Positions 11,762-23,814 of a DNA stretch of 64,000 nucleotides are shown here, piece after piece. Every line of letters begins with the position of its first letter. Position 1 is the first letter of the stretch. Under the pieces are notes generated by a model, which worked only from the letters and a program-made list of their open reading frames with translations, was not told the DNA's origin and searched no databases. The position numbers and the translations under genes are program-made. This DNA is from Laetmonice hystrix (taxonomy: Eukaryota), in the NCBI GenBank assembly GCA_965235115.1, contig OZ249440.1, forward strand, positions 32,428,001 to 32,492,000, in the 5' to 3' direction.

Positions 11762-12142
11762 TTTTAGCCTAGGCTAGAGTATAGAATCTAATGTAGACTG
11801 TAGCCTGTACTGTATAGATGTAGACTGTAGTCTAAAAATGTAGGTCTACGCAGAGTAGTGGTACAGACTAGTGTAGACTCTATACGGATTTATACCGTTG
11901 CGTCAAAACGTCGCCAATGACGTTAGCTATAAAACACGGTCTTGCGTCAACGAACTATAGGGAATCACGCGTGCGTAAACGAAACAATGTTTCGAGTTAC
12001 GCCGTCTTTTAGTACTGCGTTAGGTGCTCCTTAGTACTACTTCGTGGGACGCAACTAGAAAAATACTAGTACTGTCGTAACGGACAACTACCGCGGGTGT
12101 AAGGTGCAACTAGCTAGTAGTGCTTCGAGTTACTGGCCCCAG

Positions 12143-12800
12143 GATTTGAGTGACTGAAAGTGAGGGGTAAAAGACAGCTTGCTGTCAAAAGTGAGTCCCA
12201 GAAACTTTGTGTCTTTGACGACCTTGACAGGATCTCCATCCATTTTCAACTTGGGGTCAAGATGGAAAGCACACAGTTTGCAGAAATGCATGCAGACTGT
12301 TTTAGATTGTGAAAACTTAAAACCGTTTTCCACCGACCAAGTGTGGATTCTGTTGAGACAGAGTTGGAGCTGTCTCTCGATGGCATTCAGCAGCAGACAT
12401 CAAAGTCATCGACGAACAGGTTTTAACCGAGTTAACAATGCTGTTGATCTTCGTACTAAAAAGGGTAACAGACAAAATGCTTCCCTGAGGCACACCTAAT
12501 TCTTGGACATACAAGTCAGAGAAGGTCGTGCCTACTCTGACTTGAAAATATCTGTTGGACAAAAACCGAGATATGAAAAGGGGCAAACGCCCCCGAAAAC
12601 CCATATCTTGCAAATCTTTTAAAATGCTGTACTTCCATGTTGTGTCGTATGCCTTTCCAAGGTCAAAAATGATGACAACATGTTCGCGGTTGATAAAAGC
12701 ATCTCGGATATATGTTTCGAGTCTAATCAGATGATCCAGAGTACTTCTCCCTTGCCGGAAGCCACACTGAAACTCAGTTATGAGTTGTTCTGATTTCAGG
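12143..12800 (-). mobile_element. Fragment of I/Nimb-clade LINE (RT region), right part of the split copy
   Basis: Peptides QCGFRQGRSTLDHL, DLGKAYD, GVPQGSILS, KFLGLTFDSKL match the copies at 17413 and 45569. Confidence 0.88.
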
Positions 12801-12805
12801 GATTC

Positions 12806-13590
12806 AAGATGGCATAGAGTTAGGTACACACAGTAGACTGGGCACAACTACAAACTGGGATAAAACATAATTTGGATTGCACGGCTTTAATGTCAACGGC
12901 AAATAACTTGTGTTAACCGTTCTGGACTCCGTTGAAAACACTTTGGATAAACATGAGTCAAAGAAGACGGAGAGAAACACGGAGTTCTGCCAGCACACAA
13001 TCCAACATGGATCCTTCTACGCAAACAATGGCCGACGAAGGTGAGACGTTTGAAACGTTCGTCATAAACTCTTTAAAGAGCTTGAATTGCCTGAATTCCC
13101 TCGGATGTGAATGCGTTGAAAACATCAGTACAGACTATCGTTGAGGACTATAGCGAACTTAGTAAATCCATTACTTTCATAAACAAACAAGTTGGTGAAC
13201 TGAAAAACGCTGTAAAGTCTCAATCTGAAGAAATCGTAACGCTGAAAGCACAACTTCAATCAGCATAAACAAAACTCCGTATTACTGAAGAGGATGTCAC
13301 AGCTTGAAGAGAGAAACTTTGACCTAGAGATGTATTCCCGAAGGCACAATATAATAATAGAGGGGTTGCGAGAAGAAGAAAACGAAATCACCAAATCACT
13401 TGTACTTAACTGTCTCACTAAAGGTTTCAAACTCTCTGTCAACACCGAGGCTATAGACAAATGTCACAGATATGGAAAAGCATTTAATGGTCGCCCACGT
13501 CCAATAATTGTGCGTTTTATTACACATTCGATGAGGGATCAGGTGCTTTACGCAGCAAGGAACGTTAAAGACAGACCAGCTTATGTGTAT
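12806..13590 (+). mobile_element. 5' fragment of a different non-LTR retrotransposon (L1/CR1-type ORF1, coiled coil plus RRM), frameshifted
   Basis: AAGATGGC start; peptide YSRRHNIIIEGLREE...IDKCHRYGK...RPRPIIVRF. Confidence 0.7.
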
Positions 13591-14335
13591 GGGGGGGGGG
13601 GGGGGCTAGCCTGGCATATTTGGCTGGGCTGGAAATATCTTTCAGCAGCAAAACATTTATACATATCACTGAATACATACTGACCACACAGTGACTTAGC
13701 AGTGCAGTAAACTTTATTAGGCCTACTTCATCACACCATAATGAAATTAAATTTTCCTTGACTATTTTTTTTTACCAGCGTAGAATTCCAGTCTAGAGAA
13801 TGGACAGTAAAATCAAAAGTAGGCCTACATCTTAAAAAATAAAGATAGGGGCACCAGGCGATCAGGTACTCAGGTTGTCAGTGTGTTTCTAGTGACTGTG
13901 ATGTCATTGGAATTAAAGTGATTGGGTCAGATTCTATCTTCCATGCTATAAGTGACCCGATCTTTCGGAACCGCATCTTTCTTTGATAACACCAGACCAA
14001 AGACAATCATATCATCATTTTTTATGTTATTACGTGTTACGTGGGGGGGGGGGCGGGGCAGAATTTCAGTGACCATGTGATATCTGAAAACTTTTAAATG
14101 TATCATGGTTGAAATTATAGATGGATATTTATATCTGGGGACAAGAAGTTGAGAAAAGTTCAATAAGGGAAGTATTTTTCTGTTCTGATTTTAATAATTC
14201 TAAATTAATTTTATTCCTCCTAGCAAATTTGTACTAAATTTCTTTTTTGAGGCTTTCAAGCCTACAACGTGTGTATGCCCTCTTTTCCTTTCTACCCCCC
14301 CCCCCCCACGTTGAAAGCCTCTTACTAGAGACTAT

Positions 14336-15084
14336 TGGCCGTATGCAAGAACGTATTTAACCTCGAGGTTAACCCAGTCTGTGGGTTAACTCGTTAACCC
14401 GGTATGCAAGAACGTAAAAATTGTCAGGGTTAACCCGTTCTCTGGGTTAAAGTTAACCCTGCTACCTTAGTAGGGTTAACCCACAGACACATGGAGGCCG
14501 TGAGTGTCGATTGCCTCTGAATACTTGCCTATCACCAAGCCTACGAGTCATCTACACGTTTCAAGTTCCGTTTCTAACTTGCTGAGATACCGTTCCTACA
14601 GCCTGACCCATTTTGCCATCTCTTTGCTGACTAAACAAGAGGCCACAATGACGTGAATCGAGACATGTCTGTGACATAGCAGTCCAACGTCACAGTCAGC
14701 TTGGGCGATTTATTGTGACGTCACAGTAAAGATCACGTCAGAATTGATATCTCTGTACGTTACCGCAAGATGCCGCTTGACTGTGACTGGCGAGTTTATC
14801 CTAAACAGCCAAATGCAGCACCATTTTTATTGCAAGTTGGTTGCATTTGAACTATTTTTTTGTTACTGATTTAAATATGTCAGGTAAAGCAAGTTTCCTT
14901 CTATTTTAAAGGTCAAAACCACCATTAGGCTGTATGGAAAATACAGATTACGATGGAGTGATACGGAACGAAATTGACTGACTTAACCCGGTGATTTTGA
15001 GTTAACCCAGAGACGAGGTTAAACCAAAGAGTGGGTTAAGCCGTTCTCCGGGTTAACTCTCGCCACTGTTCTTGCATACGGCCA
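14336..15084. mobile_element. Non-autonomous Harbinger-like element
   Basis: TIR TGGCCGTATGCAAGAAC, 3-bp TSD TAT, many subterminal GGTTAACCC motifs. Confidence 0.75.
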
Positions 15085-16890
15085 TATAGATCTACCCTCT
15101 GACTGACTCAGTCTCAGCTATGCCGAGCAGCTCGTTTTTTAATTGTCAATAAGTGGGCCAGAGCAGGCCTAGGCTGACATCCCCCGGAAAAATTATCTTT
15201 CCACGTCTTTGAAGCCGCATTCATGTCTATAGTTCAGACTTGAAAAAATAAAGGTCGGGCACTGCATGACTGTCAGTGAGCAGGCCTGCCACACTGTCCT
15301 CCCACCGGCTGGTCGCTCGAGTTGAGGCCGGCAGGTGCGGGCATCGCACAGGCACGGCACCGCTGACAGGCAGCCGTCAACGTGACAGACTGAGAGTGAG
15401 ATAGGTACAATCATAGACCTATAAGTAGGCCTATGGTACTGTAGTGCATAGATCTAGCCTATTATTATTAAGCAGATCTAGAATCATTCAACATGAAAAG
15501 ACAATGCAAAGGCCGAAATTAGGTAAGGTAGGCTACAACCAGCACTGCCACTGACTCAGTCAGAGACTGACACCAAGCATGACCTGGCTTAGGTGTCTAC
15601 ACCGGAATCATGTTCAGTTTACTGACAAACAATCTTTTAAGACATAAGAATCTTCCATGCCGATAGCAATATTAATGCCTGTACACATCACGACGAGGTT
15701 ATAATAAATTAGACGTCGATTATGTGGCAAACTTTAACGATGTTCGTTCGTCTGTGGTCGACATGCAGTATAATACTGGCAGTGGAAGTAAACAACCCGG
15801 CTAAAGGCCCTCGCACACGGAGAGGAACTCGCGCGCGCCAACAGCGCAGCGCCAGAGACACGCGCTACTTGCACACCTCACTGCTCCCCGTACACGGGGT
15901 GCCTTTTGCTTTACTACTTCACTGGGCGCCGCCATTTTTAAATGCCAATACCGCATGCACACTGTGTCCGTCGTCTGAGGAAATAGCGCACTGCAGCCCG
16001 TACACGGGGTGCCACTGGCCACGAGTGGCAGGTAGAATCAAACACGATAGATATTTTCCACACGACCACGAGTGGACAAATGCACACGGAAATTCGCCCG
16101 CAGACGGTGCGCTACTAGTCGAGCGTCAGTTGCGCTGCGCCAGTTTCTCCTCGTGTGCGGGCCCCTTAAGTCGTGAAAACTGCGTGCGCATCGTGTCCCG
16201 TAAGCCCGGGCGCTAAATTTGAAGTTGTCAGTCCATCTACTCTCAGTGTTGTCAGCTTTTAGGCGATTTCTCAATAGCTCTGTCTCATGAATATCCTGGC
16301 TGGTACTGGAAACGATCTGTCAAAAGAGATGTTGCGGCTCTTAATGGGCTCTTAGGCGGTCCATCCATACCCATGGTTTCTTCTGGTCTGTGGCTGGGAT
16401 CTGTGGCCCTATTGAATATCTAACTACCCTAAGGGCCTCGTCTGGTAGGGCTGACTGTAGGGCTGACTGTAGGTCTGATATCTCTTTGAGTGGTCTCGCG
16501 CAATACTCTGTCTTTTCAGTTCCAGGGTCTTTGTTCAAGTTCCTGTATCCCGACTCAATACAATAACATGCAATCTCATCTCAAAATCCTTAAAATTCTC
16601 AGACACGTTACCACTGAGCCGGCTTATTTGAGCGCAACGTAATTGAACAAATCCGATCCCCAGGATTCAAAGATGGACTTCATGTAACAGTTCTCATCAA
16701 TTTTACATTTCATGAAGATGACAGATATGATAAGCTCCGTAGTTGACCCCTTAAGAAGTCCAATGTGACTTCACTTTTGCTGTCTAGCTCTCGTTTTATC
16801 GAAAAATGCATTAAAATACTACAGAAGCAGAAACTAAAAAGGTCAGTAGATATTCTTAGAATATTATAACATTATAATTTACCTTTTTAA

Positions 16891-17407
16891 AGGGGCATAT
16901 TATGAGGAAATGTGAAAAATCTGTATTTTAAAGAACTTTTGCTGTTTTCATAACGAGATCCTTCATTAAAGTTGCTTGGTAAACAAAGACAGACTTATCA
17001 GTTTCATTTTGCGTGAGAAATCGAAGTTTATGAATCTCCCTTGTCCGCTTCTCTGCCGATTTCGTAAAATATTTTTTTGGGGTGGCATTCTGATGCATCG
17101 AGTGCAACTGATGACTTGTTTACAAATAAACGTGACTAAGCACATGCAGAGAGTGCACACGCAGAAGGTGACGCAGTATGCAAATACAGGGGTTGATGGT
17201 AGGTTGTCTACCAAATTATGGCGGGAGATGTGCTATCGGGAGAAATCTATAGGTTTGGTCGTATAGAACGTACTTGTGCTGCATACGCAGCGAAAACACG
17301 TCTGAGGACAAAATGCTGTGGTAGGATTATTTACTTGGATCCCTAGTACACAGTCATGTTGGATAATTGCCGGAAATCATCAAAAACGTGTTCCATAGCA
17401 TGCCCCT
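16891..17407. mobile_element. Kolobok-like MITE (TTAA TSD)
   Basis: TTAA|AGGGGCATATTATG ... CATAGCATGCCCCT|TTAA. Confidence 0.75.
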
Positions 17408-17412
17408 TTAAA

Positions 17413-20400
17413 CCCCCGTGGGGACCGGGGTAAGAATGTTCCCCAGCTCCCCCTGGCTGTTTGTAAGAGGCGAATAAATGGGGCGACTTGTTTGCCGTGA
17501 GTCGCGACTCGTGTCGGTGGAGGAAGAGGTCCTGGTACCTGAGGACGGTGAATTGCTGCGGCTTTTCACAGGTCCAACACGGTGCTTTGGCTCCTACTTC
17601 ACCTAGACGGGAGGTTGGAGATCCAATCCAATCCAATCAATTGTCTGGTCACGCCTTGCCCTAGGATTTTTTGTATCGAGTACGCTTTACAGTGAATTTA
17701 ATTTTCTAATACAATAGGCAACATCTATCGTAACTATTTCTTCTTTATTCCTAGAAGGCGGTGGCTTAGGGTCAATCAAGTAATGGTAACACCCTCTTTC
17801 GTTCCATTACTTGAGTATACCAACCCTATATCCTTGGTTTGCAACTGCTGGTTACCGCAGCTCTGCACTTCCCCTTGTTGGGCTCCATGGAGGGTGGGGA
17901 ATAGGGTTGGTGAAACAATCTAACACAAACATGGCATCAAACAATCCCCCTAAAAGAAAACTACTGAAACTAACGGGCTCTGACTCGGACCGGTCTATGG
18001 AGAATGAACATTTGAGGGAATGGCCTCGTTTCATCATTGTTGAATCAGCAGAAGCTGAACGACCAATATCTAAGCTATCCCCTTTTGCCATACATAAAGG
18101 CATATTGCGGATAGCTTGAACAGTCAAAGATTGTAAACGTTTGAGGTCTGGACAACTGTTGGTAGAGTGTGCCACGAAGGCCCAATCTGCGAACCTGCTG
18201 AGTGCCACAGTACTCACAGGTTACAGTATTAAGGCCTCTCGTCACAGGGCGTTATTAGAACTAACTCTCTTGACACAACAATTGAACAGGAGATCCTTGT
18301 TGGGTTGAGCTGGCAAGGTGTGTCGGAAGTCAGAAGATTGATAGTGAAACGAGATGGTAACACCATCAAGACGCACACATATTTTTTTACATTCGACAGG
18401 CCCACTCTACCAGATGAACTCGAGATTGGCTTTCTAAAGGTAAAACTTGATCCTTTAAGTGCCAGAGGTTTGGGCATGGGACCGACTCATGTAGAAATGA
18501 ACAAAAATATTCTCAGTGCGCTGAAACAGGGCATGACCATACTAGCTGTGACAAACCCGCCAAATGCGCCAACTGCGGGCAAGGTCATTCCACTGTTTCA
18601 CGCGAATGTTCCGTGTGGAAGAAGGAGAAAGAAATCCTAAAGGTTAAAACAGAAAGAAAACTTAGTTTCCCTGAGGCCTGAAAGTTGGAGCAATATGTGC
18701 TTTCACCGTCTCGAGTAAGCCACCTAAAAAAGCCGCTTCAACACAGAGCCAGACAACCTCGGTTCCTCCTCCACAGGCCGGGCCGAGTACCAAAGAACCA
18801 TCTCCGAAAAATGATCAACCGAGTACCAAAGAGCCATCTACCAAAAAAAATCACCCAAAAAAGAAAATAATCACAGATCGGCTGCCCAAGGCAGCCTCCA
18901 ACAATAGTGCAATAGCACTTACAAACAAATTTCAGCATCTTTAAGATGTTGAAATGGCTGATGCTACGACTTGTCGTAGTCGCAGCCTTTCCCCAAAAAT
19001 AAAATCTAGGGGGCGTTTGCCTGTCAAACCACCGTGATGGCAGCCAGATGCTTCCTTCAATGGAATTGTGAGGTTTTAGAGCCAATTTTAATGAGCTCAG
19101 ACTTTTGGCAGAGAACCTCAATCCTCTTGCCCTTTGCCTACAAGAAACATTTCTTACTGCCTGAGACAAGGTCTCATTCAAGGGCTATCAGACTTTCTTT
19201 GGTTTCGCACCAGATGGTGACCGTGCTGCTGGCGGCACTGCCATTCTGGTTCGACAAGATCTCATCCATAGCCCTGTTACAATAGACACACCTTTACAAG
19301 CAATAGCCATACGCCTAACTCTGCATAAAGCCATCACTATCTGCTCAATATACATTCCCCCAAACAGTAACTTGACCCACCAGGATCTTGATGATCTAGT
19401 GGGTCAACTGCCATCCCCATATCTCCTTTTGGGAGACTTTAACAACTGATGGTAAGTGCAAGAGGATTGAATTGAGGAGTTCATTGATAATCATGCTCTA
19501 TGCATTTTTAATGATGGTTCAAACACATACCTACATCCTGGTCATGGCACCTATACAGCCATTGACCTTGCAATAGCTGAACCAGATCTGCTGCTGGATT
19601 TCTCCTGGAGGGTCTGGGACGACCTTTGCGGGAGTGACCACTTTCCCACCATTCTTACATATGAAGGGCCTGACATGGGGGGAAAACAACAATGGTGGCA
19701 ACTTAAGAAAGCCGACTGGCACTCCTTCCAGACCCTCTGTCGGGAGGAATTCACAGCAGACACCATTAACGATCCTGAAGCAATGGATGATTTTACCTGG
19801 CGTTTGATCTCCATTGCAGACAGGACAGTTCCTAAAACCTCGACAATTCCTAAACATGTCTCAAATCCATGGTTTAATGAAGACTGCAAGCAGGCAATTA
19901 AAGACCGGAAGAAAGCAGAACGCCTTTTCAACAGGCATCCAACTGCAGTGAACCTTACTAATTTTAAAATTATGAGAGCAAGGGCACGCCGTATCTGCAA
20001 AGAGAGTCGGAGGCAGAGCTTGGGAGACTACGTCTCCAGCCTGACCTCTCGTACTCCTATCAAAAAAGTCTGGAACATGATACGGAAACTTAAAGGCAAG
20101 GGAGGTGGTACTGGAGTCCAACACTTAAAACATCAAGACATCCTACTAACCACCACAGATGCAATAGCAAACAAACTAGCTAAAACATTTAAAACCAACT
20201 CCTCCTCCAGGAACTGCCTCCCTCAATTCCAAGCCATTCGTGCCCGAAAAGAAAAACAAAAACTAACATTCCATTCTGACAACACAGAAGAGTACAACCA
20301 GCTCTTCTCGATGGAAGAACTCAAATGCTCACTTAAAAAAATCACATGACACTGCAGTTGGACCTGACAAAATACATTACCAATTCATAAAACATCTACC

Positions 20401-23053
20401 TGACACCACCCTTCTCATTCCTCTTCACATTTTCAACAATATCTGGATATCTGGTAATGTAACCCTTTCCTGGCAAGAAGCAATAATCATCCCCATCCCA
20501 AAACCAGGAAAAGACCATAGTGAAGCTAACAATTACAGACCAATAGCCTTAACAAGTTGCCTGTGCAAAACCATGGAGAGAATGATCAATGATCGCCTCG
20601 TCTGGAAGCTTGAATCTGAACAACTCATCACTGATTTTCAGTGTGGCTTCCGGCGAGGAAGAAGTACTCTGGATCATCTGATCAGACTTGAGACATACAT
20701 CCGAGATGCTTTTATCAACCGCCAACATGTTGTTGCAGTCTTTTTTGACCTTGAAAAGGCATACGACACAACATGAAAGTACGCCATTTTTAAAGATTTA
20801 CACGATATGGGTTTTAGGGGGCGTTTGCCCCTTTTCATATCTCAGTTTTTATCCAACAGACATTTTCAAGTCAGAGGTGGCACGACCCTGTCTGACTTGC
20901 ACGACCAAGAATTAGGTGTGCCTCAGGGAAGCATTTTGTCCGTTACCCTTTTTAGTATTAAGATCATCAGCATTGTTAACTCGGTTAAAACTGGTATGCC
21001 CTGCAGCCTGTTCGTCGATGACTTCAACGTCTGCTGCAGAGGCAAAAACATGAAAGCCATTGAGAGGCAGCTCCAACTCTGTCTCAACAGAATCCACACT
21101 TGGTCGGTGGAAAATGGTTTTAAATTTTCAAAATCTAAAACGGTCTGCATGCATTTCTGCAAACTGCGTGCTTTCCACCTTGACCCTGAGTTGACAATGG
21201 ATGGAGATCCTATCAAGGTTGTTAAAGAGACAAAGTATCTGGGACTCACTTTTGACAGCAAGCTGTCTTTTATTCCTCACATTAAATCACTCAAATCCAG
21301 ATGCCTTAAGGCTCTGGATGTTCTCAAGGTTGTATCTGGTACAAACTGGGGTGCAGACAGTACAGTCCTTTTACAACTGTACAGAGCTTTAATCCGTTCA
21401 AAGCTCGATTATGGCAGCATAGTTTATGGTTCTGCTTGTAAGTCCTACATACGGCTTTTGGACACGGTTCACCACCAGGGTTTGCGGCTTTCACTTGGGG
21501 CTTTTAGAACGTCTCCTGTTCAGAGCCTCTATGTGGCGGCCAGAAAGCCCTCGCTTGACAACAGGGGTCTGAAGCTGGCTCTGCAGTATGCAGTCAAGCT
21601 CAGGACAAACAGTTGAAATCCAGCTTACAATTGCGTTTTTCATCCTCAGTTCCAACATTTATATGAACGAAAGGAAACGTACATGTCCTTTTGGACTAAG
21701 GGTGAAACCTCATCTAGAGGGGCTGGATGTCGATCTGACACATTATTGTACCATCCCTCCCTGGGACCTGGAAAAGTCTAATGTCATTCTTCAGTTGGCT
21801 CAACTGAAGAAGTCGGAGACTCATCCCCTGACATATTTTGAACATTTTCTTGACGTCCAGGCAAGGTATCCGTCACATTATGCCTTCTATACTGATGGCT
21901 CAAAGGATGGCAATGATGTGTCTGCAGCAGCAGTTCATGGCAAGCACAACTTCGGCACCCGCATCTCTGGGCAAAGCTCCATTTTCTCAGCAGAGGCCCG
22001 GGCCCTGCTCCTTGCCCTTCAAAATATTGAAGTTTCTAATGAAAAGGACTTCGTCATTTTCTCGGATTCCTGATCCTGTCTGCAAGCACTTGCTAACTTG
22101 AACACAGATCACCCAGTGATCGTTCAAATCTTGTCCAAGTTGGCAGTGCTTGCCAATGCAAACTTTGATATTCAATTTTGCTGGGTGCCTGGTCATGTTG
22201 GCATCCCGGGCAATGAGCAAGCTGACAAAACTGCAAAGAGGGCTCTTGAAACAGACGTCGAACTGTGTCCAATCCCTGCCTCTGATCTCAGACCTACCAT
22301 TGGGGGCTTACGTCTGGAACGAATGGCAGGCTGAATGGGATGAACAACCAAACAATAAATTGTATCAGATCAGTCCCGTCGTGAACCAAAGGAACCGTCA
22401 CGGCCTAACCCAACGTAGGCATGAAATTGTTTTTACTCGATGCAGAGTTGGTCATTCTAGATTAACTCATGTGTTTTTATTGAAGGGGGAGCCACCTCCA
22501 GAATGTCATGGCTGTCAGTGCCCTTTGACGCTGAAGCATCTTTTACTTGAGTGTGGTGATTTTACTCTGATCAGACAACGGTTTTATAATGAGACAAGTC
22601 TTAAGGACCTTTTTAGCAATGTTAGACCAGGAGTGATTTTAGAGTTTTTGTCAGAGGCTGGACTTCTCACTCTTTTATAGTTCATGCTCGTCGATAGCCG
22701 ACAGGATGGAGTGTGTTTTAATGATATTCCCGTTGGGGCCCGGGATAACAGGTTCCTTTCATTTCATTGTCTTTTAACCCTGTTTTCGCCGTGAATATGG
22801 TCGGTTCTTCCCCCATGATAACTTTCCACGAAATGTTTGTGCAGGGTTTAGGGTTAAGGTCAGGGATAGGGATAGGGTAGGGATATGTTTTGGGGAGGTG
22901 TAGGGACTGGGGTTAGGGGTTAGGGATAAGGTCAGGGCCATGGATCTTTACTTTTCACCAAATTTCGTGGAGTTTAAGTTATCATGGGCGATATACCATA
23001 ATGGCCCCGGATGCCGACACGGCGGAAAATCACCACTACTCACTCACTCACTC
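17413..23053 (+). mobile_element. Full-length degenerate I/Nimb-clade LINE: ORF1 from 17931; ORF2 (APE-RT-RNase H-zinc finger) about 19035-22680
   Basis: APE (QWNC, QET, GDFN, GSDHFP), RT (DLEKAYD, GVPQGS, FVDD), RNase H (YTDGSK, AEARA, FSDS, WVPGHVGIPGNEQAD), C-terminal CxxC/H motif, (ACTC)n tail, TSD ACCTTTTTAAAC. Many stops and frameshifts. Confidence 0.93.
22798..22999. mobile_element. Small MITE with TTAGGG-like internal repeats inserted in the LINE 3' UTR
   Basis: Absent from the second LINE copy (around 45610-45625). Imperfect TIR CCCATGATAACTT...CCACGAAAT; related copy at about 42570-43065. Confidence 0.65.
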
Positions 23054-23814
23054 ACCTTTTTAAACACCACTTTAAACATCAGGTCTCTGATTGGAATCTG
23101 GCTGTCTGTCGTGATATTTAACATTATTTTTTAAATTTCCAAACAAAGCTCGTATTTATAACTTTAAGGAGTCTCGCTAAAAGATGGACATCTGTGGAGA
23201 CCTTAGGATGTGGGGAAAACTTTTGGGACTTTTTTGCATAGGTCTTCGTGACATATTTTGCGTGGCAAGTGCTGGTAGGTAGAAAGGTCACAAGTTTTCA
23301 GGTTTTAAAAATACTTTTTTGATGGTTTTCAAATGGTTGTACTAAAAAGAATCCTTGAATCCATTAAATTTCATACTGGACAAAAGCAAAATACCTCGAC
23401 AGTAGCGGATCCGGGGGGCAGGACTTAGGACTCCTCCCTTTGGCGTCAATTTTTCTCTTCTTCGCATAGAGCTTCCTGAATTGGACCCCCCTCCCCCTTC
23501 AAATTCCTGGACCCGCACCTGCTCTTCTTTTTTTTGGAACAATTTCCAAGTGAACTGATTCATTATTCCTGCGAGCACGTTTTGAAGCCCCCTAGGTCAG
23601 AAAGTGTTAGTCCCCATCTTACGGTACACATCTTTAGCCTATAATCAACGTAGGTCTGTCACTTTTGACTGCTTACAGGTAACAAATAGTGTGTCATAGA
23701 TCAGCGCAAACAACAACTAGAACCACTTATATGTCGGCTACCTTTAGGAGGTAGAAGTGTCAATACTTTATACAAATTGTCGTTGTTAACCTTCTACATA
23801 TTTGGACACACATA

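Larger units (their letters stand above)
383..12139 (+). mobile_element. PIF/Harbinger DNA transposon, two-gene type, enlarged by nested insertions
   Basis: TIRs GGGCCTGTAACTCGAAGCA (383) and TGCTTCGAGTTACTGGCCC (ends 12139), one mismatch. Flanks are CTG (380-382) and CAG (12140-12142). Subterminal ACTA/TAGT-rich repeats; convergent transposase and Myb/SANT genes. Confidence 0.92.

Noticed and set aside
15130..16560. GC-rich block with several short ORFs
   Set aside because: Probably a decayed element, but I found no matching termini, TSD or protein motif.
23570..23640. Possible next cyclase exon (LK...DLGGFK on the minus strand)
   Set aside because: The acceptor phase does not fit the phase-1 donor, the IHxS motif is missing and stops follow; likely chance.
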